Source of the DNA: Helicobacteraceae bacterium
Lineage (GTDB): Bacteria > Campylobacterota > Campylobacteria > Campylobacterales > Helicobacteraceae
Direction: 5' to 3'
Length of the DNA stretch: 64,000 nucleotides
Assembly (NCBI GenBank): GCA_017508245.1
Contig: JAFVZI010000014.1
Span: 221,889 to 285,888 of the forward strand
Both the position numbers and the translations under genes were made by a program. Within the stretch, counting starts at the first letter, position 1; the number at the start of each line of letters is the position of its first letter. The notes under the pieces were generated by a model. It worked only from the letters and a program-made list of their open reading frames with translations. It ran no database searches and had not been told where the DNA came from. Positions 30,792 through 43,827 of the stretch are shown piece by piece.

Positions 30792-31649
30792 TTAAGAGAA
30801 CCTATGATTTTTATAGTTAGTAGGCAGTAGATAATCTTCTACATTGATTAAATCTTTGTAGATTCCACTATCATAACCTATCTTAAACAATGTGTTTAGT
30901 GCTTTTAATTGAACTTGACTTAAGCCAATAGAATCTTTATTTGCATACATATCTAAATATATATCAAGTTCATCTTTATTCACCCTTACTCTATTTTCAA
31001 GCATCATTGATAGTATTTTTTTATTATTTACAGCGATTTTTACAGCATCACTCAAAATCTCTTGAATCTCAATTGCACGGAGAAGTGGGATTGAACGAGA
31101 TATAGCCATACCACCAAGTGGAAGTGGTAAAGCATCTTTTATAAAATCTATCCAAATATCCCATAAATGTGCTTCAACTTCAAGTGAACTATCAAAATTT
31201 AGTATTGATTCGTGTATCAATACACCTGCATCAACTTCGCCACTTAAAACACTCTGCTCTATTTCTAAAAAATTTTTATATACGATTCTTGCATCTTTAT
31301 ATTTCATCTTAAAAATCATTGCATTTGTAGTCCATTTGCCACTTAATGCAACTTTAAAATTGTTTTTTAGAATCTTACCTTTCTTTTTTATCAACTTTGG
31401 TCCATAGCCATTACCAAAGGACATAGCCGTATTTAGCAGAGCATAATTATTGCGAATAAATGGATACAAACCAAATGATATAGCAGAAATCAAATATTTA
31501 GAATCTATCACGCCTTCATTCAAGCTTTCTATATCAAGGGCAAGATTCTCAAATCTATTTCTTTTTGACCCAACCCAGCCAAAATAAATTGCATAATACA
31601 TAAAAATATCATCTGCATCCGGAGAATGTGCAACAATAATCTTACTCAT
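30792..31649 (-). CDS. mqnD: Futalosine-pathway 1,4-dihydroxy-6-naphthoate synthase
   Basis: AHSPDADDIFMYYA, GYGP, AGVLIHE, LPLPLGG. Confidence 0.85.
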   Translation of the reverse strand: MSKIIVAHSPDADDIFMYYAIYFGWVGSKRNRFENLALDIESLNEGVIDSKYLISAISFGLYPFIRNNYALLNTAMSFGNGYGPKLIKKKGKILKNNFKVALSGKWTTNAMIFKMKYKDARIVYKNFLEIEQSVLSGEVDAGVLIHESILNFDSSLEVEAHLWDIWIDFIKDALPLPLGGMAISRSIPLLRAIEIQEILSDAVKIAVNNKKILSMMLENRVRVNKDELDIYLDMYANKDSIGLSQVQLKALNTLFKIGYDSGIYKDLINVEDYLLPTNYKNHRFS

Positions 31650-31741
31650 AAGTCAAACCCTCTTTGCTTGAAATTCAAATTAATTTTAACCAAAAAATAG
31701 ATAGAATCTACAACCATTTTAATTTTAGGAGCAAAAAATAT

Positions 31742-32787
31742 ATGGCTGACAATGAAAAACTAAAAGCCGTTGAATTGGCTTTAAAACAAGTTGATAAGGC
31801 TTTTGGTAAAGGTGCTTTGATACGGCTTGGTGATAAACAAAAAGAAAAAATCGAATGTATATCGACAGGTTCTCTTGGGCTTGATTTAGCACTTGGAATT
31901 GGTGGGATTCCAAAAGGTAGAATCATAGAAATTTATGGACCAGAATCTAGTGGCAAAACAACACTTAGTTTGCAGATTGCAGCAGAATGCCAAAAACAAG
32001 GTGGAATCTGTGCATTCATCGATGCGGAACACGCACTAGATGTGTATTATGCAAAAAAGCTAGGCGTAGATGTTGAAAATCTCTATGTATCACAGCCAGA
32101 TTATGGAGAACAAGCACTAGAAATACTAGAGACACTAACTAGAAGTGGTGGAATAGATTTAATTGTAGTAGATTCTGTTGCGGCACTTACCCCAAAAGCA
32201 GAAATTGACGGCGATATGGGCGATGCTCACGTAGGACTTCAAGCAAGACTTATGAGTCAGGCATTGAGGAAAATTACAAGTGTGATTCATAGAATGAATA
32301 CAACAGTAATTTTTATCAACCAAATAAGGATGAAAATAGGCAATATCGGCTATGGAAATCCAGAAACAACGACAGGTGGAAATGCTCTAAAATTTTATTC
32401 AAGTGTAAGAATCGATGTTCGTCGCGTAAAAACACTAAAAGTAAATGAACAAGCCATAGGAAATACCGTGAGAGCAAAGGTTGTTAAAAATAAAGTTGCC
32501 CCTCCATTTAGAGAAGCTGAATTTGACATTATGTTTGGTGAAGGAATCTCAAAGTTAGGGGAATTGATAGATTATGGTGTAAAGCTAGATATTATTGATA
32601 AGAGCGGTGCTTGGTTTAGCTACAAAGATAAGAAAATGGGACAAGGAAAAGAAAACTCTAAAATATTCTTAAGTGAAAATATAGATATTGCAAAAGAAAT
32701 CGAAAACAAGATAAAAGAGCAAATCGGTGCAAATGATGAGATTATAGAATTTATAGATGATAATATAGAAGATGAAAAGGATAACTA

Positions 32788-32788
<1 letters not shown>
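31742..32788 (+). CDS. recA: Recombinase A
   Basis: [26 protein letters not shown]; ATG 31742 behind AGGAG. Confidence 0.99.
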
Positions 32789-34064
<1,276 letters not shown>

Positions 34065-34065
<1 letters not shown>

Positions 34066-34313
34066 TGCCAAAGATAATTGATGAAAAAATAAGCATAATT
34101 GATAAGATAAGATTATATAAGCCATATGTCATCGCTGCTATGGTCATAGTAGGAATTTTTATTTATATATTTATTCTGCTTTTTGGAAATAAATCTTTAT
34201 TTGTTTTATTGGAACTAAAAGAAGAGCAAAAAGAATTACAAGAAAGTGTGAAATTCTATCAAAAACAAAATGCTTATTTACAAAAAGAGATTTTTGAGAT
34301 TGCTGGAGAATAA
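34065..34313 (+). CDS. FtsB/DivIC-like septum protein
   Basis: Single TM followed by coiled coil; conserved position after eno. Confidence 0.7.
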
Positions 34314-34316
34314 GCT

Positions 34317-34904
34317 TTGAGAAAAAGTATTTTATTTTTTGGATTGATTATAGGTATTTTATATAGCAGGGACAATCCATTTGACCCCATTGTGGTGCCA
34401 AAAGATTCTGTGCGTCCATACTATGGGGAGACAAGCGTATTTGACAAAGCTGAAATCATTTTACCTAGCAGTGCAAGACTAATAAAAAGAGTAGAAGTTA
34501 CTTATCAAAATATTGATGGTTCAATCGAAAAACAAGGCATTGATGTAAGCGGTAGAATCGATTGGAGAATGCCACTTGCAATATCACAAGTATTAAAAAA
34601 AGAAAATGCAAATAAAATCACAAAAACACAAGATATAGCAATAGAAAACAACAAACTATCCCTAAAATATGAAGGAGAGTTACTTAGAGATTTTATAATG
34701 AAAGAGCCGGATAGAATCGTGCTTGACTTTAGCAAGAATCTAAAATACTACAAAGTAAATAAAGTCATTTTAAACAAGCCGTATTTCAAAGCAATAAAGT
34801 ATGGCTTACACGATGATTTTTTAAGAATTGTAATTGAACTTGATGGAAGCTATATCTATAATATCAAGCAAATACAAAATGGAATCACAATAGATGTGCA
34901 ATAA
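34317..34904 (+). CDS. AMIN-domain periplasmic protein
   Basis: Signal peptide, RDNPF, PDRIVLDF, LRIVIELDG. Confidence 0.85.
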   Translation: MRKSILFFGLIIGILYSRDNPFDPIVVPKDSVRPYYGETSVFDKAEIILPSSARLIKRVEVTYQNIDGSIEKQGIDVSGRIDWRMPLAISQVLKKENANKITKTQDIAIENNKLSLKYEGELLRDFIMKEPDRIVLDFSKNLKYYKVNKVILNKPYFKAIKYGLHDDFLRIVIELDGSYIYNIKQIQNGITIDVQ

Positions 34905-35388
34905 CATCATTCTCATAGGTTTTATGGGCTCTGGTAAAACTACCATAGGAAGGGGATTGGCACAAAAACTAGGTCAGATTCTAATAGATACAGATAGCCT
35001 TATTGAAATCAACTATGGAATGAAGATTAGCGATTTTTTTAAAAGATTTGATGAGGCAAAATTTAGAGAGATAGAAAAAAATCTCTGTATTTGGTGTGAA
35101 AAAAATTTAGGCAATGCCATAATTTCTACAGGTGGAGGAATGCCAACAATCTATAATATGAGAAATATGGGAAAAGTTATATTTTTGGATACGCCTTTTA
35201 ATGAGATAAAAAAGAGAATCTTAAATGATGGAGTGGAAAATAGACCAATGATAAAAGATATAGATTCTATGCTAAAACTATATAACAATAGGCTACAAAT
35301 ATACAAAGATATGGCACATTTTAGCATTGATACCTTAGATTATAAAGAAAATATAGTAGATAAAATTTATCATTATTTAAAGGGTTGA
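34894..35388 (+). CDS. aroK: Shikimate kinase
   Basis: GFMGSGKTT, DTD, FREIE, STGGG, RP. Confidence 0.95.
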   Translation: MCNNIILIGFMGSGKTTIGRGLAQKLGQILIDTDSLIEINYGMKISDFFKRFDEAKFREIEKNLCIWCEKNLGNAIISTGGGMPTIYNMRNMGKVIFLDTPFNEIKKRILNDGVENRPMIKDIDSMLKLYNNRLQIYKDMAHFSIDTLDYKENIVDKIYHYLKG

Positions 35389-35391
35389 AAG

Positions 35392-36909
35392 TTGAGGGCA
35401 ATTTTAAGTGTTAGCGATAAAACAAATATAGTTTTTTTTGCAAAAGAGTTAATTTCTCTTGGATATGACATATTAAGCACAGGTGGGACTTTGGCATATT
35501 TGCAAAAACATAATATCAATGCAATTGATATAAGCAAATATACAGATTCCAAAGAATTATTCTCCGGAAGGGTAAAGACATTACATCCAAAGATTCACGG
35601 CGGGATTCTATTTAGACGTGATGATGATGATGATATAAAAAGTGCAAGTGAAAATGAAATCTTGCCTATTGATTTGGTGTGTGTAAATCTCTATCCATTC
35701 AAAGAAACTACGCAAAGGAGTGATGATTTTGATGAGATTATAGAAAATATTGATATTGGCGGACCAAGTCTTATTCGTGCTGCTGCAAAAAATTATAAAA
35801 GTGTCATTGTTGTGGTAGATTGTAATGATTATAATGACGTTATATCACATATCAAAGACAATGCAGATTCTATTGATTTTAGAAAAGAGCTGATGATAAA
35901 GGCATTTTCTCATACGGCAGAATATGATTGCTTTATTGCAAACTATATGAATGAACGATTTCATAGTGGATTTGGTAAGAGTAAGTTTATCGTTGGTAAA
36001 AAATACATAGATACAAAATATGGCGAGAATCCACATCAAAATGGTGCTTTATATGAGTTTGACAATGCGTGGAGCAAAAATTTTAATATCTTAAAGGGCG
36101 AGAGTAGTTTTAATAATTTCTTAGATATTAATGCCGCTACAAAAATAGTGAGCAGCTTTGATAAAAATGCAATATGTATCATAAAGCACGGGAATCCTTG
36201 TGGATTTGCAATAAAAGAAAACTTGCTAGAATCTTACAAGGCTGCATTAAAATGCGATAGCTTGTCGGCTTATGGTGGAGTGATTGCTATAAATGGGAAT
36301 CTTGATATAGATCTAGCAAAAATTATAAATGAGACTTTTTTTGAAGCAATCATTGCAAATACCATTACAAAAGATGCACTAGAAATATTTAGCAATAAAA
36401 AGCGAGTGAGATTATTTGAACTAAACAATATGAAGCTTGATAAATTTGATTTTAGACATATTAATGGTGGATTTTTACTCCAAGAACAAGATGAGGTATT
36501 TGATAGCGAAGTGATAGATTCTAAGCAAATGGGAAATATCAAAGCAAGTCCAAAAGAAATGCAAGATTTGCTTATTGCATATAAATTAGCCGCTCTTACA
36601 AAATCAAATTGTGTTACTTATGTAAAAGATTGTGCTCTTGTTGGCATTGGGATGGGGCTTACAAGCAGAGTTGATGCAAGTAAGATTGCTTTTTTAAAAG
36701 CAAAAGAAATGGGGCTTAGTTTGGCTGGCTCAAGCTTAGCTAGTGAAGCTTTTTTTCCTTTTAGAGATAGCATTGATTTAGCAAATGAATTTGGAGTAAA
36801 GGCTATCATAGAACCCGGTGGAAGCATAAGAGATGATGAGGTTATAGTAGCTGCAAACAATCATAATATCGCACTATATTTTAGTGGTAAAAGACACTTT
36901 TTGCACTAA
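35392..36909 (+). CDS. purH: Bifunctional AICAR transformylase/IMP cyclohydrolase
   Basis: [38 protein letters not shown]. Confidence 0.98.
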   Translation: MRAILSVSDKTNIVFFAKELISLGYDILSTGGTLAYLQKHNINAIDISKYTDSKELFSGRVKTLHPKIHGGILFRRDDDDDIKSASENEILPIDLVCVNLYPFKETTQRSDDFDEIIENIDIGGPSLIRAAAKNYKSVIVVVDCNDYNDVISHIKDNADSIDFRKELMIKAFSHTAEYDCFIANYMNERFHSGFGKSKFIVGKKYIDTKYGENPHQNGALYEFDNAWSKNFNILKGESSFNNFLDINAATKIVSSFDKNAICIIKHGNPCGFAIKENLLESYKAALKCDSLSAYGGVIAINGNLDIDLAKIINETFFEAIIANTITKDALEIFSNKKRVRLFELNNMKLDKFDFRHINGGFLLQEQDEVFDSEVIDSKQMGNIKASPKEMQDLLIAYKLAALTKSNCVTYVKDCALVGIGMGLTSRVDASKIAFLKAKEMGLSLAGSSLASEAFFPFRDSIDLANEFGVKAIIEPGGSIRDDEVIVAANNHNIALYFSGKRHFLH

Positions 36910-36917
36910 GAAAAATT

Positions 36918-38708
36918 ATGGAAAATATTAGAAATTTTTCAATCATCGCCCATATAGACCACGGGAAAAGCACGCTTGCAGATAGATTGATACAAGAATG
37001 TGGAGCAATAGAAAGTAGAGAAATGAGTTCTCAAGTTATGGATACTATGGATATAGAAAAAGAGCGAGGAATAACAATAAAAGCTCAAAGTGTGAGATTA
37101 AATTATACACTTGATGGAAAAGAATATATCTTAAATCTCATAGATACACCGGGACACGTTGATTTTAGCTATGAAGTGTCTAGGTCGCTTAACTCTTGTG
37201 AAGGTGCTCTGCTTATTGTTGATGCAAGTCAAGGCGTAGAAGCTCAAACTATAGCAAATGTGTATATAGCCTTAGAGAATAATCTTGAAATCATTCCTGT
37301 GATAAACAAGATTGATTTAAAAGCTGCAAATCCACAAAAAGTAAAAGAAGAAATAGAAAATACCATAGGACTTGATTGTACGCACGCTTTAGAAGTATCT
37401 GCAAAAAGCGGAATTGGTATAAAAGAATTGCTAGAGACAATAATTTATACAATACCACCGCCAAATGGGAATCCAAATAGCAAACTAAAAGCATTAATCT
37501 ATGATTCTTGGTTTGATAATTATTTAGGTGCTTTGGCATTAGTTAGAGTGATCGATGGAAATATAAATATTGATGAAGAGATTCTGATAATGAGTACAAA
37601 TAAAAGCCATAAGGTGCTTAACCTCATGTATCCTCACCCACTCTATCCTAAAAAAACAGATATGATTAAATGTGGCGAAATAGGAATCGTATGTCTTGGA
37701 TTAAAACAAGTAAATGATATTGCTGTTGGCGATACAATGACACACAAGAACAACAAAGCAGATAAACCAATAAGTGGGTTTAAAGAAGCAAAGCCATTTG
37801 TATTTGCTGGAATCTATCCTATTCAAACAGATAAATTCGAAGACTTACGCGATGCATTAAATAAATTGCAATTAAATGATTCATCGCTAATTTTTGAGCC
37901 AGAAACATCAATAGCACTTGGATTTGGCTTTAGAGTTGGGTTTTTAGGGCTTTTGCATATGGAGGTAATAAAAGAAAGATTAGAGCGAGAATTTGACCTA
38001 GATTTGATTGCTACTGCACCAACCGTGCTTTACAATGTTTATCTCACGGACGGCACTATGATACAAGTGCAAAATCCTTCAGAACTACCGCCAGAACAAA
38101 AAATATCCCGCATAGAAGAGCCATATGTAAAAGCCACCATTATAACACCGACAAATTTTTTGGGAAATGTAATAAAACTAGTCCAAAATAGACGTGGAAT
38201 CCAAGATAAAATGGAATATATCACAGAAGATAGAGTATTGCTTTCATATTTAGTCCCTACAAATGAGATTATTATGGATTTCTATGATAAGCTAAAATCA
38301 TCCACAAAAGGATACGCAAGCTTTGATTATGAACCAATAGGATACAAAGAAGGTGATTTAATCAAGCTTGATATAAAGGTTGCAGGAGATGTAGTCGATG
38401 CATTAAGTATCATTGTAAGCCGCCAAAAAGCTTATGAAAAGGGCAAGAATCTAGTAAATGTGATGAAAGAAATCATACCTAGACAGCTTTTTGAAGTAGC
38501 AATTCAAGCAAGTATCGGCAATAAAGTCATAGCAAGAGAAACGATAAAATCAATGGGGAAAAATGTTACTGCTAAATGCTATGGTGGCGATATAACAAGA
38601 AAACGAAAACTATTAGAAAAACAAAAAGAAGGCAAAAAACGTCTAAAATCTATAGGAAAAGTAGAACTTCCACAAGATACATTTCTTGCAGTATTAAAGA
38701 TAGATTAG
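36918..38708 (+). CDS. lepA: Elongation factor 4
   Basis: [35 protein letters not shown]. Confidence 0.99.
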   Translation: MENIRNFSIIAHIDHGKSTLADRLIQECGAIESREMSSQVMDTMDIEKERGITIKAQSVRLNYTLDGKEYILNLIDTPGHVDFSYEVSRSLNSCEGALLIVDASQGVEAQTIANVYIALENNLEIIPVINKIDLKAANPQKVKEEIENTIGLDCTHALEVSAKSGIGIKELLETIIYTIPPPNGNPNSKLKALIYDSWFDNYLGALALVRVIDGNINIDEEILIMSTNKSHKVLNLMYPHPLYPKKTDMIKCGEIGIVCLGLKQVNDIAVGDTMTHKNNKADKPISGFKEAKPFVFAGIYPIQTDKFEDLRDALNKLQLNDSSLIFEPETSIALGFGFRVGFLGLLHMEVIKERLEREFDLDLIATAPTVLYNVYLTDGTMIQVQNPSELPPEQKISRIEEPYVKATIITPTNFLGNVIKLVQNRRGIQDKMEYITEDRVLLSYLVPTNEIIMDFYDKLKSSTKGYASFDYEPIGYKEGDLIKLDIKVAGDVVDALSIIVSRQKAYEKGKNLVNVMKEIIPRQLFEVAIQASIGNKVIARETIKSMGKNVTAKCYGGDITRKRKLLEKQKEGKKRLKSIGKVELPQDTFLAVLKID

Positions 38709-38824
38709 ATTCTAGCTTTATATTTTAAGATTTAGATAAATAGTAGGACTTAATTTAGAATCTACTGCCTATCAAATATGCATAATAGTGTATAATAAAC
38801 GCATTTTACTAACAAGGATAGAGA

Positions 38825-40672
38825 GTGTTTGATTATGGTATTGATTTTTGGGCTAGAGATGATTTTATCATAGAAGATGGCAAGGTAAAATTAGGAGCAA
38901 ATCCAAAAATTGCAATCATTGATATTGTGAATAAAGCAAGGGAAAATGGCTATAAAGGTCCTCTTATTATGAGATTCCCGCATCTTATACAAAAACAGCT
39001 TGATAAATTGTTTGATTCATTTCATTCATCAATCAAACAATACAAATACAAAGGCAAATTTAGAGCTGTATTTCCGCTAAAAGTCAATCAATTTCCAAAT
39101 TTTATATTACCGCTTATGGAGGCTTCAAAAAATAAAGATTATGGGCTAGAAGCTGGAAGCAAAGCAGAACTTATTATTGCTATGGCTTATACAAACCTAC
39201 AATCTCCAATCACAGTAAATGGCTTCAAAGATAAAGAGATGATTCATTTAGGATTTATCGCCTCAAATATGGGACATAATATTACACTTACGATAGAAGG
39301 CTTAAATGAATTAGAAACGATAATAGAAGTAGCAAAAGATATGGAACCACCATATCCAAAAATAGGACTTAGGATAAGATTGCATTCTATGGGTAGTGGT
39401 ATCTGGGCAAAAAGTGGTGGGATTAATTCAAAATTTGGACTTACTTCAAATGAATTGCTTGAAGCTATAAATCTTCTTAAAAATTCAAATCTAATATCAC
39501 AATTTACAATGATTCACTTTCATATAGGTAGCCAAATAAGTGATATATCGCCATTAAAAAAAGCTCTTAGAGAAGCAGGAAATATTTATGCCGAGCTTAG
39601 AAAAATGGGCTGTGAGAATCTTAGTATAGTAAATATTGGTGGTGGTCTTGCGGTAGAATACACGCAGCACGCCGGATTTAACAACAAAAACTATACCTTA
39701 GCAGAATTTAGTGCTGATGTTGTCTTTAGTCTAAAGGAAATTGCAAAAAACAAAGAGGAAAAAGAGCCAGATATTGTTATAGAAAGCGGTAGATTTATCG
39801 CTGCATCACACGCAGTATTAGTCACTCCGGTGCTAGAGCTATTCTCGCAAGAGTATGATGAAGAATCTTTGCGCCTAAAAGAAAAAAATCCTTTATTGAT
39901 AGAAGAATTACTAGATTTATATAAAAATATAAATGAAAGATATGCTATAGAATATCTCCACGATAGCCTAGACCATATGGAATCTTTATTGACTTTATTT
40001 GAACTTGGATATATAGATTTACAAGATAGAAGTAATTCTGAAGTATTGGTGCATTTGATAATAAAAAAAGTTATTGATACACTAAAACATAAAAACCACA
40101 ATGAGATTCTACGTATCCAAGAGCAGATTCAAGAGCGATATTTACTAAATTGTAGCTTTTTTCAAAGCATGCCAGATTATTGGGGATTATCACAAAGATT
40201 CCCAGTGATGCCATTAGATAAACTAAATATTCGTCCTACAAGAAGTGCCAGCCTTTGGGATATTACGTGCGATAGTGATGGAGAGATTAGCTTTAATAAA
40301 AATATGCCATTATTTTTGCACGATGTAGATGTAAAACAAGAGGATTATTTTTTGGGATTCTTTCTTGTTGGTGCATATCAAGAAGTACTTGGAATGAAAC
40401 ATAATCTATTTACTCACCCGACAGAATTTAGCATAGTTTTTGATGAAGATGAAAATTGCGGATATAAAATTGAAAATTTACTTGAGGCACAAAATATATT
40501 GGATGTGCTAGATGACTTAGATTATGACACAAAAGATATTGAGAGACGATTAAAACAAAGGATAGATGAAGCTACTGATTTAGATAGTGAAAGCAAAAAA
40601 GAGGTATTGGGGCAACTTTATATAATGCTTAGTGAAAATGGATATCTAAGGACAATACGAAATAATCCTTAA
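38825..40672 (+). CDS. speA: Biosynthetic arginine decarboxylase
   Basis: FPLKVNQ, EAGSKAEL, HFHIGSQ, DITCDSDG, GAYQE. Confidence 0.97.
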   Translation: MFDYGIDFWARDDFIIEDGKVKLGANPKIAIIDIVNKARENGYKGPLIMRFPHLIQKQLDKLFDSFHSSIKQYKYKGKFRAVFPLKVNQFPNFILPLMEASKNKDYGLEAGSKAELIIAMAYTNLQSPITVNGFKDKEMIHLGFIASNMGHNITLTIEGLNELETIIEVAKDMEPPYPKIGLRIRLHSMGSGIWAKSGGINSKFGLTSNELLEAINLLKNSNLISQFTMIHFHIGSQISDISPLKKALREAGNIYAELRKMGCENLSIVNIGGGLAVEYTQHAGFNNKNYTLAEFSADVVFSLKEIAKNKEEKEPDIVIESGRFIAASHAVLVTPVLELFSQEYDEESLRLKEKNPLLIEELLDLYKNINERYAIEYLHDSLDHMESLLTLFELGYIDLQDRSNSEVLVHLIIKKVIDTLKHKNHNEILRIQEQIQERYLLNCSFFQSMPDYWGLSQRFPVMPLDKLNIRPTRSASLWDITCDSDGEISFNKNMPLFLHDVDVKQEDYFLGFFLVGAYQEVLGMKHNLFTHPTEFSIVFDEDENCGYKIENLLEAQNILDVLDDLDYDTKDIERRLKQRIDEATDLDSESKKEVLGQLYIMLSENGYLRTIRNNP

Positions 40673-40690
40673 AAATTTAAAGGGCAAAAT

Positions 40691-41386
40691 ATGGGAATCC
40701 TTAGTGATATAAAAGAAGATTTTTCAAGTATCAAGAAAAACGACCCAGCAATAAAATCAAATATAGAACTATTTTTCAACTATCCGGGGCTTATTGCGAT
40801 AATTCATTATAGAATAGCACATAGATTATACAAAAGAAAGTTTAGATTATTAGCACGAATTGTTATGGGATTTACTCAATTTATCACGCATATTGATATT
40901 CACCCAGCTTGTATTATTGGAAAAGGAATATTTATTGACCACGGAATTGGTGTAGTTATTGGTGAGACTGCTGTTTTAAAAGATAACATCACGATTTATC
41001 AAGGTGTTACACTAGGTGGTGTTACACTAGAAAAAACCAAGCGTCACCCGACAATTGAAAGTGGTGTTACCATAGGAGCAGGTGCAAAAATACTAGGCAA
41101 TATTACTATTGGGGAAAATGTAAAAATAGGAGCAAACTCTGTTGTGATTCGTGATGTGCCACCAAATTCAACTGCAGTTGGGATTCCAGCAAGAATAATA
41201 CAAAAAGGCAGGATAAAAGATTCTAATGCGATGGATAAAATTCCAGACATTGATAGGCAATTATTTAATTATATGCTTCGCAGGATTCAAATCCTAGAAT
41301 CTAGGATTGATTGCAAAGATTGTGAAAAAGAATTAAAAGATTTAGATAAACTCTATGATAATTTCATAAAATCTATAAAAGATTAA
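40691..41386 (+). CDS. cysE: Serine O-acetyltransferase
   Basis: DIHP, FIDHGIGVVIGET, KRHPT, hexapeptide repeats. Confidence 0.96.
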   Translation: MGILSDIKEDFSSIKKNDPAIKSNIELFFNYPGLIAIIHYRIAHRLYKRKFRLLARIVMGFTQFITHIDIHPACIIGKGIFIDHGIGVVIGETAVLKDNITIYQGVTLGGVTLEKTKRHPTIESGVTIGAGAKILGNITIGENVKIGANSVVIRDVPPNSTAVGIPARIIQKGRIKDSNAMDKIPDIDRQLFNYMLRRIQILESRIDCKDCEKELKDLDKLYDNFIKSIKD

Positions 41387-42339
41387 TCAATGATAGAATC
41401 CACAAAATATCTAGGACGGGCTTTGCTTTCTTTATAAATCTTACCTATATATTCACCTAAGATTCCAAGTCCAAAGATTTGGACACCACCTAAAAAATAC
41501 ATAGGCACGACCATAGAAGTCCAACCGCTAATTGTTCCACCCATAAAATAAACTACCAAAGCCCAGATTCCAAAAAATAAAGATGTAATAGATATTATAG
41601 CACCAAGGATACTTAAGATTCTAAGAGGTTGCACACTAAAGCTTGTTATTCCATCAAAAGCAAAACTAAGCATTTTAAAAAATGGATACTTACTTTTTCC
41701 TGCTACTCTAGCATTTCTTTTATAAAATATAGCACAAGATTTATACCCAAGGAGAGGAATGATTCCACGAATAAATAAATTCACCTCTTTAAAAGACAAG
41801 AGGGATTTTATCGCACGATTAGATAAAGCACGATAATCGGCGTGATTTTTCACAATTTTTACACCCAAAAAATTCATCAAATCATAGAATCTCTCCGCAC
41901 TAAATCGCTTAAAAAAGCTATCACTGCTTCTATCATCTCGCACGCCATAGACCACTTCATAGCCATTGTTGAATCGCTCAATCATAGAATCTATTGCATT
42001 TATATCATCTTGCAAATCACAATCAAGGCTAATAGCACAATCGCATTTATCGATTGCGTATTCTAGCCCAGCTAAAAGGGCATTTTGATGTCCATAATTG
42101 CGACTTAGATTTATGATTATGATATTTTGATTTTTCAGCTCTTTTAAAAGCTCCAAAGTATTGTCCTTTGAGCCATCATTTACAAAAATTATTTTGCTTT
42201 GTTTGTTTATACTTTTATTGTTTATTAGATTTTGCAGTTTAGAATCCAGAGATTCTGCACTTAAATTGATGATTTCTTCCTCATTATAACAAGGCACAAT
42301 TAGATAAATGATAGGTTTAGATTCTTGTGTATCTTTCAT
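41383..42339 (-). CDS. GT2 bactoprenol glycosyltransferase (GtrB/YfdH-like), stand-alone paralogue without G/C tract
   Basis: VPCYNEE, NDGSKD, GHQNALLAG, DCDLQDD, ADYRAL, KARPRY; ATG 42339 behind AAGG. Confidence 0.92.
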   Translation of the reverse strand: MKDTQESKPIIYLIVPCYNEEEIINLSAESLDSKLQNLINNKSINKQSKIIFVNDGSKDNTLELLKELKNQNIIIINLSRNYGHQNALLAGLEYAIDKCDCAISLDCDLQDDINAIDSMIERFNNGYEVVYGVRDDRSSDSFFKRFSAERFYDLMNFLGVKIVKNHADYRALSNRAIKSLLSFKEVNLFIRGIIPLLGYKSCAIFYKRNARVAGKSKYPFFKMLSFAFDGITSFSVQPLRILSILGAIISITSLFFGIWALVVYFMGGTISGWTSMVVPMYFLGGVQIFGLGILGEYIGKIYKESKARPRYFVDSIID

Positions 42340-42471
42340 TTTAAGCAACCTTAAATAAGCAAACTTCATAAAAATTTTAACAAAAAAATTCACAAAAATT
42401 TCACATCATTTATATTAAAATCACAGGCATAAAATATTTACTACAACAATCAATTAGTTTTAGAGGATAAG

Positions 42472-43827
42472 ATGCAGATGAGGCTTTTTTACATTATTTT
42501 ATTGACATTATTTTTTGCATCTTGTGCATCTCCATACACGCAAGAACAGCTAAATAGTGAATTTAAAATTGATAATTTCAAAAATAGCTATGATTTAGTG
42601 AATAAAAAAACAGATTCTATATTTGATGTTTTTGATGATGATGAATTAAGAGAATTAATCAATATGGCATTATCAAAAAATAGTGATATTTTCATATACG
42701 ATAGCAGGCTTAAAATCGCAGAATCTCAAGCAAAAATTGCGACCTCAAATCTAATACCAAATGTAAATGGCAATATTGGATATAGATTTGATGGAAATTC
42801 AAATATTGATACAAGTTTGATGGCTTCTTGGGAGCTAGATTTATTTGGTAAATACACAAATGCAAAAAATGCTTATGAGGAACAACTAAATATAGCAAGT
42901 GAGAATTTTTACTTCTTTAAAATCTCTTTAGTCAGCGATATAGCACTCGCATATTTCAATCTCAAATACTTGCAAAATGATATTTTGCTTACACGAGAAA
43001 GAATTGCAAACTACAAAGAATTAGTCAGTGTGATGAATATTATGTATGAAAGCGGATTTATAAATTTTAGTGATTTTATGGAAAACAAAGCACTATTACA
43101 AAGCGAGGAGCAGAATCTAAACAATCTTCTAAATAACTATGAGAGCAAGAAAAACGAAATAAGGATTCTAATAAACAACAAAGATTATGAATTTAGAGAT
43201 TCTAATTATGAATTTAGTATTCCACGATTTTATGTAAATTTAGATGATAGTGCTAGCATCATATTAAATCGCCCAGATATAAAATCACAAATCTCAAACC
43301 TAAATGCAGCAATATACAATCTAAACTCCGCTAAAGCAAGTGCATATCCTAGCATACAAATAAGTGGCTCGCTTAGCAAAGCATTATTATCACCTAGTGG
43401 AATAACAGATTTGGCATATCAAATATTAGGCTCGCTTACTTTGCCATTATTTTCACGAATAGAAATATATGAAAATATAAAAATTAGCGATTATATGAGA
43501 CTTGAAGCTTATTATACTTTGGAAAAATCAATATATACAGCACTAAATGAAATAGAAAATGCTATATATGCGTTAAATTCAAATAAAAAAACACTAAATA
43601 CGAGCTTACAAATGCTAGAAGACAATGAAAAGATTCTAGGCACGCTACAGCAAAGTTATGAGCTTGGATTGATAGATTTTAGCGAATACATACAAGCAAT
43701 AAATAGCCACTTATTGATGATAAAAAATAACAATGCATCATATTTTAATACGATTAGTGCGACAATCTATCTATATCGCTCTATTGGTGGAAACAAAAAT
43801 GATACTATCATAAAGGAAAAGCAATGA
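42472..43827 (+). CDS. TolC/OprM-family outer-membrane efflux lipoprotein
   Basis: Lipobox FASC, SWELDLFG, RPDI, LYRSIGG. Confidence 0.92.
   Translation: MQMRLFYIILLTLFFASCASPYTQEQLNSEFKIDNFKNSYDLVNKKTDSIFDVFDDDELRELINMALSKNSDIFIYDSRLKIAESQAKIATSNLIPNVNGNIGYRFDGNSNIDTSLMASWELDLFGKYTNAKNAYEEQLNIASENFYFFKISLVSDIALAYFNLKYLQNDILLTRERIANYKELVSVMNIMYESGFINFSDFMENKALLQSEEQNLNNLLNNYESKKNEIRILINNKDYEFRDSNYEFSIPRFYVNLDDSASIILNRPDIKSQISNLNAAIYNLNSAKASAYPSIQISGSLSKALLSPSGITDLAYQILGSLTLPLFSRIEIYENIKISDYMRLEAYYTLEKSIYTALNEIENAIYALNSNKKTLNTSLQMLEDNEKILGTLQQSYELGLIDFSEYIQAINSHLLMIKNNNASYFNTISATIYLYRSIGGNKNDTIIKEKQ

Noticed and set aside
35620-35634. (GAT)5 repeat in purH
   Set aside because: In-frame poly-Asp in a variable loop; cannot switch phase
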